In this document: positions 1 to 10,069 of the stretch, piece by piece
How the letters are laid out: each line of letters opens with the position of its first letter
How positions within the stretch are numbered: the first letter of the stretch is position 1
NCBI GenBank assembly: GCA_963833985.1
Contig: CAWIAD010000001.1
Location: 64,001 to 128,000, forward strand
Reading direction: 5' to 3'
Length of the DNA: 64,000 nt
Origin: an uncultured Planctomycetaceae bacterium
Lineage (GTDB): Bacteria > Planctomycetota > Planctomycetia > Isosphaerales > Isosphaeraceae
Position numbers and translations under genes: made by a program
Notes under the pieces: model-generated
The model's input: only the letters and a program-made list of their open reading frames with translations
Database searches by the model: none
Told to the model about the DNA's origin: nothing

Positions 1-603
1 CGTAGAACAATCTCCTGATGACGGGTCAGGGGAACGCCTGATGCTCATCAGGAAAAACCTTACATATGCAGACAACGTAATATATGAGGGAATCCCAGGA
101 CGGGCTGCCAGCGCGGCTCGCGGGCGCGAGACGACAGGGCGGCGAGCATGCGACGCGGTGCACGCGGGCCCGCGGAGGAGTTCTTTGGTTCGTTTGAAGC
201 CCTCAGTTCGCGGGATCACAAGTCGTACGCCCTGCTTACCTTCGGCGGTCTCGGGCGGTTCGTGGACGAACCAGGTCCGGTCCGGGCATACGCGCCGGTC
301 ACGTTCCGGACGCCGACTATAAAGTGCGGATGGGGACCACCAATTCGGGACCGGCCTGGGCATTGAGGTTGTCGCTGGCGAGCCGCGGTACTGGCGGCAG
401 TGGCTCACGCATGATGGATCTGGGCGGCATCACCGGCGCCGACCTGTTCTATGGTTGATTCGTGACGATCAGGGCAAGAATCGCCCCGGTGCATGTCACT
501 GGTCCCATGCACGGTGAAGTGCTCGGCCGGGTCGGCAACCTGTTCAATCCTCCAACGGAGTGCTCGCTCCGGGGGCAACCGCCGCGCGCGGAGAATTCCT
601 CTG

Positions 604-3243
604 ATGAATGATCTAGAAATTGCGATCCGAGAGTTTCTCGCTGAGAGCTACGAGAACCTGGATCAGCTCGAACACGACCTGGTGGCCATCGAGGCGGATT
701 CGCGCAGTCGAGAGACGGTCGACCGGATCTTCCGTACCGTTCATTCCATCAAAGGCGCCTGCGGGTTCCTGGCGTTTCCCAGGCTGGAAGCCGTCGCTCA
801 TGCTGGTGAGGGACTCCTGTGCCGATTGCGCGAGGGTGAGCTCGACTGGAGCCCCTCGATCACCACGTCTCTGCTCGCGCTGGCCGACGCCATGCGGATC
901 ATCCTGCGCCACATCGAAGAGAATGGGGCCGAGGGAACCGAGGACCACACGGTGCTGATCGAGCGCCTCATGGCGTTGCAGGCGCAGGAAGGTCAGGAGC
1001 CGGCAGTCTTCGGCGCGGGCTCGGAGCCACCGCGTGCGGCTTCCGAGAGCAAGACCCCGGCGCAAGAAGGATCTCGCCCCGTGGCCTCCGCTGCCCGGAT
1101 CTCCGATCGCGCTCCTACCCCCGTGTACGATGAGTGGAACGGCGAGACCGAGGCCGAAAAGCCGAATGGAAGTCCCGCCGGCGGGATCTCCAGCGGCAAC
1201 ATCCGTGTGGACGTAGGGCTGCTGGACAAGCTGATGAACCTCGTGGGCGAGCTGGTGCTGGCCCGCAACCAGATCCTTCAGCACGCCAGCACACGCGAGG
1301 ACGCCTCGCTGCTGGGCACCTCGCAACGGCTCAACCTGATCACCACCGAGTTGCAGGAAGGGGTGATGAAGACCCGGATGCAGCCCATCGGCAACGTCTG
1401 GAACAAGTTTCCGCGCGTGGTCCGCGACCTGGCGCTGGAGTGCGCCAAGCAGGTGCGCGTGGAGCTGGAAGGAAGCGAGACCGAGCTCGACCGGACGATC
1501 ATCGAGGCGATCAAGGACCCGCTGACGCACGTGGTGCGGAACGCCGTCGACCACGGCATCGAGCCCCCCGAGGAACGGCGTCGCAAGGGGAAGCCGGCGA
1601 CCGGTTGCCTGCGGATGCGGGCTTTCCACGAGAGCGGGCAAGTCAACATCGAGATCTCGGACGACGGCGCAGGGCTGGACGTCGAGCGGATCACCCGCAG
1701 CGCCCTCGACCGCGGGCTGATCTCGCGTGAGCATGCGGCTCGGATGGGCGATCACGATCTGATGCAGCTTATCTTCCTGCCCGGATTCAGCACCGCCGAG
1801 CGGATCACCAGGATTTCCGGCCGGGGCGTCGGCATGGACGTGGTCAAGACGAACATCGAGAAGATCGGCGGCACGATCGACATCCAGAGCACCGTCGGCC
1901 AGGGTACCACCCTGAAAATCAAGATCCCGCTCACGCTGGCGATCATCCCGGCGCTCATCGTCAGCACCAGTGGCGACCGTTTCGCGATACCGCAGGTCAG
2001 CCTCCTGGAGCTGGTTCGACTTGAAGGCGAGCAGGCGCAGCGCGGCATCGAGATGATCCACGGTGCGCCGATCTTCCGGCTCCGCGGCAGCCTGCTTCCC
2101 CTGGTGAGCCTGGATCACCTGCTCGGCTCGAACGACTCGAAACCCTCGGGGGTGAATTGGCACGACCACCACGACTCCCGGAACGTCGACTTCGCCCGCC
2201 TCCGCGAGATGGATCTACAATGGAAGACGCGGCTGGCCCGCGTGCTCAAGGGCGAGGAAGCGCTGGACGCCGAACGGCTGGCTTCGGCCGAGGAGTGCGA
2301 GCTGGGCCTGTGGCTGAAGAGCGAGGGTATTCGCGAGTTCGCGGGGCGTGACGAATTTGTACGCCTGATCCAGGTGCACAAGCAACTGCATGCCGCTGTG
2401 AAGGAGGTTGTGACGCTTCACAGCTCCGGCAGGCGCAGCGAGGCGCAGGCCGCACTTGGAGCGGTGGAGGCCAGGTCGCTTGAACTGGCAGGCGGGCTGA
2501 CGGGCGTCGAGCGCGTGCTCGAGGCGACCAACCTGGTGAACATCGTTGTGCTCCAGGCGGACGGCCGGCGCTTCGGGCTGGTGGTCGAGGGAATCAGCGA
2601 CACCGAGGAAATCGTGGTCAAGCCGCTGGGCAAACAGCTCAAGGGCGTGTCGCTCTTCGCCGGCGCCACGATCATGGGTGACGGTCGCGTGAGCCTGATC
2701 CTCGATGTGGCGGGCATCGCCCAGAAAGCGGGCGTGGCCTGCGGCACCGTGGAACGCCTGGCGCTCGAGGAGAGCTCTGCCAGGCAAGGGCGGCAGGACG
2801 AGCGATCCGCCTATCTGTTGCTGCGCCACGGCAGCGACAGCCGGGTGGCGATTCCGCTCTCTCTGGTGGCCCGGCTGGAGGAGATTCCCTGCGCGGCGGT
2901 GGAGCATTCGGGAAACCGCGAGGTCGTTCAGTACCGGAACCAGATCATGCCGCTGGTGCGGCTCTCGCAGGTGCTGCAACAGCGCGGCTACGAAGAAGCC
3001 CAGGAATCCGACCCGATGCAGGTGGTGGTCTACACGCAAAACGGCCAGAGCGTTGGCCTGGTTGTCGATACCATCCTCGACATTGTCGAGGACGCAATCC
3101 AGGTGCGGCCCACCCGTCGCGGGCAGGGTCTGGTCGGGTCGGCGGTGATCCAGCAGCGTGTCACCGACGTGGTCGACGTCCCGGGGCTGATTCGATCGGT
3201 CGATCCCGATCTGGTGACCAGTGCGATGGGAGTGGGAGACTGA
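604..3243 (+). CDS. cheA: Chemotaxis histidine kinase CheA (HPt, dimerisation, HATPase, two CheW-like domains, CZB-like insert)
   Basis: HPt IFRTVHSIKG, IRVDVGLLDKLMNLVGELVLARNQ, RNAVDHGIE, GFSTA...SGRGVGMDVV, PLTLAI, and a second CheW-like domain at the C-terminus. Start moved from ORF 493 to ATG 604 (ggag upstream). Confidence 0.95.
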   Translation: MNDLEIAIREFLAESYENLDQLEHDLVAIEADSRSRETVDRIFRTVHSIKGACGFLAFPRLEAVAHAGEGLLCRLREGELDWSPSITTSLLALADAMRIILRHIEENGAEGTEDHTVLIERLMALQAQEGQEPAVFGAGSEPPRAASESKTPAQEGSRPVASAARISDRAPTPVYDEWNGETEAEKPNGSPAGGISSGNIRVDVGLLDKLMNLVGELVLARNQILQHASTREDASLLGTSQRLNLITTELQEGVMKTRMQPIGNVWNKFPRVVRDLALECAKQVRVELEGSETELDRTIIEAIKDPLTHVVRNAVDHGIEPPEERRRKGKPATGCLRMRAFHESGQVNIEISDDGAGLDVERITRSALDRGLISREHAARMGDHDLMQLIFLPGFSTAERITRISGRGVGMDVVKTNIEKIGGTIDIQSTVGQGTTLKIKIPLTLAIIPALIVSTSGDRFAIPQVSLLELVRLEGEQAQRGIEMIHGAPIFRLRGSLLPLVSLDHLLGSNDSKPSGVNWHDHHDSRNVDFARLREMDLQWKTRLARVLKGEEALDAERLASAEECELGLWLKSEGIREFAGRDEFVRLIQVHKQLHAAVKEVVTLHSSGRRSEAQAALGAVEARSLELAGGLTGVERVLEATNLVNIVVLQADGRRFGLVVEGISDTEEIVVKPLGKQLKGVSLFAGATIMGDGRVSLILDVAGIAQKAGVACGTVERLALEESSARQGRQDERSAYLLLRHGSDSRVAIPLSLVARLEEIPCAAVEHSGNREVVQYRNQIMPLVRLSQVLQQRGYEEAQESDPMQVVVYTQNGQSVGLVVDTILDIVEDAIQVRPTRRGQGLVGSAVIQQRVTDVVDVPGLIRSVDPDLVTSAMGVGD

Positions 3244-3246
3244 GCC

Positions 3247-3696
3247 ATGGCCAACCTGCGACAGTATTGCACCTTCTCAGTTGCCGACCTGTACCTGGCC
3301 ATCGACGTGCTCGAGGTCCAGGAGGTGATCCGCTACCAGGAGATGACCCGCGTTCCCACGGCGCCTCGGGTTGTACGCGGGCTCATCAACCTGCGTGGGC
3401 AGATCGTCACCGCCATTGACCTCCGCCGCCGCCTGGACCTGCCTCCCCCGGCCGACGACCTGCGGCCCATGAACGTGGTGATCCGCACCGACGACGGAGC
3501 GGTCAGCTTGCTGGTGGACGAGATCGGCGACGTGCTCGAGCTGGACGACCGCGAGTTCGATCCGCCACCCGAAACCATACCGGCCGTGATCCGCGATGTC
3601 GTCGTGGGGATCCACCGGCTCACGGACCGACTGTTGATCGTCCTTCATCCCGATAAGGTCGTGAGCCTGATCGGGGCAACCTCTTCACTCGCCTGA
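3247..3696 (+). CDS. cheW: Chemotaxis adaptor CheW
   Basis: VQEVIR...GLINLRGQIVTAIDLRRRL...LLVDEIGDV; starts 3 nt after the cheA stop. Confidence 0.95.
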   Translation: MANLRQYCTFSVADLYLAIDVLEVQEVIRYQEMTRVPTAPRVVRGLINLRGQIVTAIDLRRRLDLPPPADDLRPMNVVIRTDDGAVSLLVDEIGDVLELDDREFDPPPETIPAVIRDVVVGIHRLTDRLLIVLHPDKVVSLIGATSSLA

Positions 3697-3732
3697 AAGG
3701 ATCGCTGGTCGCACCCGACCGGGAGAACCGAA

Positions 3733-5844
3733 ATGAGAAGCAATGGTCATCACAAGGCGGGCAACGGCAGTGCGCAAGCCGCGGCGTTGCTTCCTCAGCC
3801 CGAGCTCGAAAGCCATCAGCCGGCAGTCCGCAGAGCCGTCCCACGCCAGGCTGACGACCTGGCCCGGCTGCAAAGCCAGCTCGAAGAGGCGAATGAGAAC
3901 CGGCATGCGATCGTGTCGCTGATCGTCGCGCTGGAGGGCGCGAACTCGGTGCACGAAGCGATCACCGCCGCGCTGGACACCGTGCGCGAGGCCTTCGGTT
4001 GGGCCTATGGTTCATACTGGGCGCTCGACGCGAAGACCAACGCCCTCGGGTTCCTGCTCGAAAGCGGGTCGGTCAACGACGAGTTCCGGCGGGTCACGCT
4101 GGAAGCGCGCTTCCGCGAGGGCGAAGGTCTCTCGGGCCGCGCCTGGAAAGCGCGTGACCTGGTGTTCGTGCCCGACCTCGGTCAGGTGCGCGATTGCTGC
4201 CGGGCCCCCGTGGCCCAGCGCGCCGGTGTCAAGTCCGGCGTTTGCTTCCCCATCATGGACGACGGCAAGGTGCTTGGCACGATGGACTTCTTCTCGATGG
4301 AAACGCTCACGCTCTCGGAGCAGCGGTTGGAGCAGCTGCGCTACGTGGGCAGGATGGTTTCCACGACCCTGCGTGCCCTGCGGTCCGCCGAGAAGGCCAA
4401 GGAAATCGCCCAGAACGCGCAGGCCGTCAATCACGTGCTGGAGCGCATCGGCAGCGTCCAGAGCGTCGGCGAGGCGATCCAGGTTGCGCTCGATACCGTC
4501 CGCGACGAGTTCGGCTGGGCTTATGGCTCGTACTGGGTCCTCGACACGGCCGAGAACGCCCTCAAGTTCTCGGTCGAATCCGGTGTGGTGGACACCGAGT
4601 TCCGTCGGGTCACGCTGGAAGCGCGCTTCCGCGAGGGCGAAGGTCTCTCGGGCCGCGCCTGGAAAGCGCGTGACCTGGTGTTCGTGCCCGACCTCGGCCA
4701 GGTGCGCGATTGCTGCCGGGCCCCCGTGGCCCAGCGCGCCGGCGTCAAGTCCGGCGTCTGCCTGCCGATCACCGACGGCGGCCAGGTCACGGGCACGATG
4801 GACTTCTTCTCGATGGAGGCGCTCGACCTCAGCCAGGAGCGGATCGACGCGGTGCGGAACGTCGGGCGGCTGGTCTCCAGCGCCATCGAGACGATGAGAC
4901 GCCAGGAGCGGATGAACGAGATGGCCGAAACCCTGCGCGGGGTTCTGAGCCGCGTCAGCGAGCACTCGCATCAGATCGCAGACTCCGCGCAGGAGCTCAC
5001 CGCGTCCAGCCAGCAGATGAGCTCGGCGGCCGATGAGACTTCGGCACAGGCGAATACGGTTTCGGCGGCGGCCGAGCAGGTCAGCGCCAACGTTCAGACG
5101 GTGGCCACCGGCGTGGAGGAGATGAGCGCCAGCATCAAGGAGATTGCCCGCAGCGCGGCGGAGGCAGCCAAGGTGGCCAATATCGGTGTGGGTGTGGCCG
5201 AGAAGACCAACACCACCGTCGGCCAGCTCGGAGAATCGAGTGCGGAGATCGGCAAGGTCATCAAGGTCATCACGTCGATCGCCGGCCAGACGAACCTGCT
5301 GGCGCTGAACGCAACCATCGAGGCGGCACGCGCCGGCGAGGCAGGCAAGGGGTTCGCGGTCGTCGCCAACGAGGTGAAGGAGCTGGCCAAGGAGACCGCA
5401 AAGGCCACCGAGGACATCAGCCAGAAGATCGAGGCGATTCAGCGAGACACCCGCGAGTCCGTGGCGGCCATCGACCAGATCGGCCAGATCGTCAAGCAGA
5501 TCAACGAGATCCAGGGGACGATCGCCAGCGCCGTGGAAGAGCAGACGGCCACGACCAACGAGATCGGCCGGAACATCGCGGAGGCGGCCAAGGGCTCCAA
5601 CGAGATCGCCCGGAACATCACATCGGTGGCGCAGGCGGCGAAATCGACGACGGTGGTGGCCAACAACACGCTGCGGTCCGCGGGCGAGTTCGCCCACGTG
5701 GCCACCGAGCTGACGGCCCTGGTCGGTACCATCCAGCTCGATGACGAAGGGACCGGCGCTGCCAGGCACAACCAGTCGAGGACCGCGAGCAAGCCGGCGG
5801 GTGCGGCTCACGCCGCCGGTCCGCCGCCGACCGTCCGCCGCTGA
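3733..5844 (+). CDS. Cytoplasmic methyl-accepting chemotaxis protein with two tandem GAF domains
   Basis: MCP hairpin [37 protein letters not shown]; two GAF repeats (GEGLSGRAW...SGVCxPI...GTMDFF); no hydrophobic TM segment. Confidence 0.93.
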   Translation: MRSNGHHKAGNGSAQAAALLPQPELESHQPAVRRAVPRQADDLARLQSQLEEANENRHAIVSLIVALEGANSVHEAITAALDTVREAFGWAYGSYWALDAKTNALGFLLESGSVNDEFRRVTLEARFREGEGLSGRAWKARDLVFVPDLGQVRDCCRAPVAQRAGVKSGVCFPIMDDGKVLGTMDFFSMETLTLSEQRLEQLRYVGRMVSTTLRALRSAEKAKEIAQNAQAVNHVLERIGSVQSVGEAIQVALDTVRDEFGWAYGSYWVLDTAENALKFSVESGVVDTEFRRVTLEARFREGEGLSGRAWKARDLVFVPDLGQVRDCCRAPVAQRAGVKSGVCLPITDGGQVTGTMDFFSMEALDLSQERIDAVRNVGRLVSSAIETMRRQERMNEMAETLRGVLSRVSEHSHQIADSAQELTASSQQMSSAADETSAQANTVSAAAEQVSANVQTVATGVEEMSASIKEIARSAAEAAKVANIGVGVAEKTNTTVGQLGESSAEIGKVIKVITSIAGQTNLLALNATIEAARAGEAGKGFAVVANEVKELAKETAKATEDISQKIEAIQRDTRESVAAIDQIGQIVKQINEIQGTIASAVEEQTATTNEIGRNIAEAAKGSNEIARNITSVAQAAKSTTVVANNTLRSAGEFAHVATELTALVGTIQLDDEGTGAARHNQSRTASKPAGAAHAAGPPPTVRR
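4081..4761 (+). repeat. 165-bp near-identical direct repeat inside the MCP gene (4081-4245 and 4597-4761)
   Basis: Manual alignment gives 4 mismatches, all at synonymous third positions; offset 516 nt (172 codons). Confidence 0.92.
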
Positions 5845-5921
5845 CGACCCTCCGGGTCCGCACGCGGCCGTGTCCAGGGTCGTGCGGACCCGGTGACTTC
5901 CCGTTCCCAGAGGAGGATGCT

Positions 5922-6293
5922 TTGAAAGCACTCGTGATCGACGATTCCAGGGCGATGAGGACGATCATCGGCCAGATACTCAGAAGCCTTGGCTACGAGG
6001 TGGCCGACGCCGGCAACGGCCGCGAGGGCCTGGAGCGCGTGCGTAGCCAGGGCCCGCCCGACCTGATCCTCGTGGACTGGAACATGCCCGAGATGAACGG
6101 CCTGGAGTTCGTACGGAACCTCCGCAGCCAGCGTGAGTATGACCACGTCCGTGTGATGATGGTGACCACCGAGACCGAGATGAAGCGCATGTCCGAGGCG
6201 CTCGACCAGGGCGTCAACGAGTACGTGATGAAGCCGTTCACCCGGGATGTGATCCTTCAAAAACTGGAACAGATGGAATCGGCCAATGTCTGA
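5922..6293 (+). CDS. cheY: Chemotaxis response regulator CheY
   Basis: Single receiver domain (VIDDS, LVDWNMPEMNG, MVTT, MKPF); TTG start with AGGAGG at 5911-5916. Confidence 0.92.
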   Translation: MKALVIDDSRAMRTIIGQILRSLGYEVADAGNGREGLERVRSQGPPDLILVDWNMPEMNGLEFVRNLRSQREYDHVRVMMVTTETEMKRMSEALDQGVNEYVMKPFTRDVILQKLEQMESANV

Positions 6294-6417
6294 GTGGCCG
6301 CGGCCGCCCCGCAAGAAGCATGCGAAGAATGTCCACGAACTCAGGGAATGAGTGCGAAATCGCGATTTCAGGGACGATCCCAGCACACCCCGCCAGGCAA
6401 GACACAGGGCCGTGCTC

Positions 6418-7550
6418 ATGAATGTGATCAACAAGATCCGAGTTCTCATTATTGACGACTCCGTCGTCGTGCGCAGGATGCTTTCCGGCGTGATCTCGGC
6501 CGATCCCCAGCTTGAGGTCACAGGCACCGCCGCCAACGGCCGCATCGGTCTTTCCAGGATCCATCAGTCCAGCCCCGACATCGTGATCATGGACGTAGAG
6601 ATGCCCGAGATGTGCGGCCTCGAGGCACTCCGGGAGATTCGACGGTCCTGGCCGCGCCTGCCGGTCATCATGTTCAGCTCGCTCACCCGCTGGGGCGCGA
6701 CGGTCACCCTGGACGCCCTGGAACTGGGCGCCAACGATTACGTCACCAAGCCGGCTCAGGTGGAAAGCATCGATCACGCCGAACGGCAAATTCGCGACGA
6801 CCTGATTCCCAAGATCAAGGCCCTGTGCCAGCGGAACCACGCCCGCACCGGGACGCCGGATGCCAGCCCGGCCATTACGCCCCGCGCATCCACAGCGCGC
6901 CGCGACCGGCGGCTCCCGTCGCACGCAGGATCGAGGTCGTCGCGATCGGCACCTCCACGGGAGGGCCCAATGCGCTGGCGATGGTCATTCCCGCGCTGCC
7001 CGCGGGCTTCCCCGTCCCCGTGCTCATCGTCCAGCACATGCCTCCTTTCTTCACTGCGGCACTTGCCGACCGGCTGGCCTCCAAGTCGGCCATCGCGGTC
7101 AAGGAAGCAGCCACGGGCGACCGGCTCATGCCGGGGCACGCCTACATCGCGCCCGGCGATCATCATATGGTGGTCCGCAGATCAGAGGGCGGGGTGGGCA
7201 TCGAGCTGAACCAGGAGTCTCGCGAGAACTCCTGCCGGCCCTCGGTCGATGTCCTCTTCCGCTCGGTCGCCGCAGTCTATGGCGGGGCGACGCTGGCCGT
7301 GGTGATGACCGGCATGGGGCAGGACGGCCTGCTCGGGTGCGAGCTGCTCCATAAATCCGGCGCCGCGATTTATGTCCAGGATGAGCCGACGAGCGTGGTG
7401 TGGGGCATGCCCGGTTTCATCGCTCGTGCCGGACTCGCCGAGCAGGTCCTCCCTGTTGACCGCATCGGTCCGGCAATCAGTGGTCGCGTGGGCTTCAAAG
7501 CACCTGAGTCACGGTCTGCAAGAGCGGAGAACCTGTCTTCATGTGGCTGA
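6418..7550 (+). CDS. cheB: Chemotaxis methylesterase CheB, split by a frameshift in the linker (~6850-6900)
   Basis: Receiver half in ORF 6352..7209 (IIDDS, MDVEMPEM); esterase half in ORF 6612..7550 with STGGP, QHMP and GMGQDG catalytic motifs intact. Confidence 0.9.
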
Positions 7551-8410
7551 ACACGGCCGACTTCAATTACGTCCGGATGCTTGTCAAGCAGCACTCCGCC
7601 ATCGCGCTGGATGAGAGCAAGGCCTACCTGGCGGAGACCAGGCTGCTCGGCCTGGCTCAGCGCGAGGGGATCCCCTCGCTGGCGGAGCTGGTCGCGCGGG
7701 TTCGCGCCGACCGTGGCGATGTGCTGCGGGGCAAGGTCGTCGAGGCGATGACCACGAACGAGACATCGTTCTTCCGTGACCTGCTGCCATTTGAAATGCT
7801 TCAGCGCGCGTTGCTGCCGGAGCTGATCGCCTGCCGCGCCCGCCAGCAGACCCTGCGGATCTGGAGCGCGGCTTGCTCCACGGGCCAGGAGCCCTACAGT
7901 ATCGCCATGCTCATCCGCGACAAGTTCCCCGGTCTGGCCTCGTGGCAGGTGAAGATTCTGGCTACCGATCTGTCTTCCGAGGTCTTGAACCGGGCCCGGG
8001 AGGGACGATTCAGCCAGCTCGAGGTGAACCGCGGCGTGCCCGCTCACCTGCTGGTGCGGCACTTCCGGAGGCAAGGACTCGACTGGTACATCAGCGACGA
8101 GATCCGGCGGATGATCGACTTTCAGGTACTGAACCTGGTGGGGACATGGCCTTCCATGCCGTCCATGGATCTCGTGCTGCTCCGTAACGTGCTCATTTAC
8201 TTCGACGCTGATTCAAAGCGGGAGGTATTTCAGAGAATTGCCCGGACACTTGCACCGGATGGCTTTCTCGTTCTGGGCAGCTCCGAGACCACGCTGTTCG
8301 ACAATAGCTCCTTCGAGCGCGTCGACCTCGACCGCTCATGCGCTTTCCAGTTCAAGAGCCACACCGCCTATGCTGGGCCGCACCTGCGCAGCTGGAACTG
8401 CGTGCAATGA
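7541..8410 (+). CDS. cheR: Chemotaxis methyltransferase CheR
   Basis: TTNETSFFRD, WSAACSTGQEPYS, ATDLS, RNVLIYF. Confidence 0.95.
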   Translation: MWLNTADFNYVRMLVKQHSAIALDESKAYLAETRLLGLAQREGIPSLAELVARVRADRGDVLRGKVVEAMTTNETSFFRDLLPFEMLQRALLPELIACRARQQTLRIWSAACSTGQEPYSIAMLIRDKFPGLASWQVKILATDLSSEVLNRAREGRFSQLEVNRGVPAHLLVRHFRRQGLDWYISDEIRRMIDFQVLNLVGTWPSMPSMDLVLLRNVLIYFDADSKREVFQRIARTLAPDGFLVLGSSETTLFDNSSFERVDLDRSCAFQFKSHTAYAGPHLRSWNCVQ

Positions 8411-8553
8411 TTCGCCTGTGAACACAGATCCACGGACCAAAAACGACTACCGAATGGGCCTCGCGCAGGAGTGCGTTGACGAACCAGACTCATCCGCAGA
8501 TTGGTTGATCGTGCCACCACTGGCCGCCAGGGTGTGCCCGCTGGAGATTGGAT

Positions 8554-9033
8554 ATGCTGACTGAAACCCCATGCATCGAACTCACCGAGAATACAACTCA
8601 CCTTCGGACCGCCATCGAATCCGTGTGGTCCACCATGCTCGGCATCGAGGTTGAGCCGGGCGAGGCGATGCTGCTTGACCGCGGCGAACCCGACTACATG
8701 ACCGGCTGCATCCAGATCACCGGTGCCTGGCAGGGGGCGGTCACCGTCGATTGCTCGATCGGCCTGGCCCGGCAAATCGCGGCCATCATGTTCGGCGTGG
8801 AGGTCTACGAAACCACGCCGGATCAGGTCAGCGACGCGCTGGGTGAGTTCACGAACATCATCAGCGGCAATCTCAAGTCATTTCTTCCCGAGCCCAGCCA
8901 TCTTTCGCTCCCCTCCGTCGCCGAGGGGACCGATTGCTACTTCCGCGTCATCGGCACACGGGTCCTCGCCCAGTTCTGCTTCGCGCACAAGGGTCAGCCG
9001 TTCCAGGTGACCATCGTCCAGGGGCTCAAGTGA
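8554..9033 (+). CDS. cheX: CheX-family chemotaxis phosphatase
   Basis: DALGEFTNIISGNLK (ExxN motif), GAWQGAVTV, LSLPSV; last gene of the che cluster. Confidence 0.85.
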   Translation: MLTETPCIELTENTTHLRTAIESVWSTMLGIEVEPGEAMLLDRGEPDYMTGCIQITGAWQGAVTVDCSIGLARQIAAIMFGVEVYETTPDQVSDALGEFTNIISGNLKSFLPEPSHLSLPSVAEGTDCYFRVIGTRVLAQFCFAHKGQPFQVTIVQGLK

Positions 9034-9273
9034 AGACCGCTGCTTGCGGCCGGGTGGGAAGCCGGATGCGGAAGCAGGTTCGCAGTCGCGGCTGACTCTC
9101 CACGTCGATCCGGCCTCCATGCTTGGCGATGATGCCATGACACGTTGCCAGCCGCAGACCTTGGCTGCTCGTTGGCGAGGATGAGCTTCTCCGTTTGTTG
9201 TCTCCGCTCCTGCTCGCTGCGCACGTTGTCGCCGCAGTTCTTATCGCAGCCGCAGAGTGTCCCAGAAAAGGGC

Positions 9274-9408
9274 TCAGAAGGAGGACGGATCACTCCACCC
9301 GGATTTCCCCAAGGTTTCCCGCTGGAGGCAGTCGGGACAGATCTTGCTGCCCTGGCAGCCAGGAACCTCGATGGTTTTGCCACAGTGCTTGCCGGTCGGT
9401 TCGGCCAT
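9274..9408 (-). CDS. Possible 44-aa Cys-rich small protein
   Basis: Hand translation: MAEPTGKHCGKTIEVPGCQGSKICPDCLQRETLGKSGWSDPSSF*. No clear RBS. Confidence 0.25.
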   Translation of the reverse strand: MAEPTGKHCGKTIEVPGCQGSKICPDCLQRETLGKSGWSDPSSF

Positions 9409-9690
9409 CAGGAATCAAACTGGGGACGCCGCGATGCGGCACCCTCCGCACGGCCCGTGGAATCTGTCGGGCGTGAGTCACCTTCTGCTCGATGGTAACG
9501 GAGTTCAGGCGATGCGATTTGAAAGTTCGGAGAAGATACACGGAACACACCAGCGGACCCGGTGCCGGCAACCCGACGGATTCGCACAGCGCATGCCAAT
9601 TTCGGTTGACGCCCTCCGCGCCAGCGGCTCTGCTGGACGGTATGTCGAGTCGCCGGTGTCGCTTCCGGTCCATGCGTCCAGGGAGTTGTC

Positions 9691-10035
9691 ATGAACGCCC
9701 CCGAACTCTCTCCGCAGGTCGCTCCTCGTGATGAGCGCTTGCCGGAGTCTCCCAGGCTGCGGAACACGATCCGCAAGTCGGCACTGCTGAACGTGACCGT
9801 CATCCTGACCTCGTTTCCGGTTCTCGTCTTCGCGGGTGGCGCACAATCCCTCGTTCCCTGCCTGGCGATCATGGCCGGGATCTCGCTGCTGATCTGGAGT
9901 GTCACCTTCGCGCTCTTCTCGTTCGTTTCGCTCTTCGGCGTTTTCTTCATGCCCGCGGCCGGCAAACCGCGAAAGCGCACGCAGCAGGTGACCGGGGAGG
10001 GTCTGTCGGACCGGTGGCTGGACGAATCGGTGTGA
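9691..10035 (+). CDS. Small membrane protein, hypothetical
   Basis: Two hydrophobic segments; gggag RBS before the ATG. Confidence 0.7.
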   Translation: MNAPELSPQVAPRDERLPESPRLRNTIRKSALLNVTVILTSFPVLVFAGGAQSLVPCLAIMAGISLLIWSVTFALFSFVSLFGVFFMPAAGKPRKRTQQVTGEGLSDRWLDESV

Positions 10036-10069
10036 TCGTAGAGAAGGCGCAGGGGCAGTGGGCGGAATC

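Noticed and set aside
13..52. Palindrome cctgatg-ct-catcagg far upstream of cheA
   Set aside because: At the window edge, ~550 bp from the start codon, with no second site to support an operator call.
4081..4761. DGR template/variable repeat pair
   Set aside because: The differences are synonymous G/T and T/C changes in two in-frame coding copies, and no reverse transcriptase is present.
6850..6900. Programmed frameshift in cheB
   Set aside because: No slippery heptamer, and unexplained frameshifts are common across the window.
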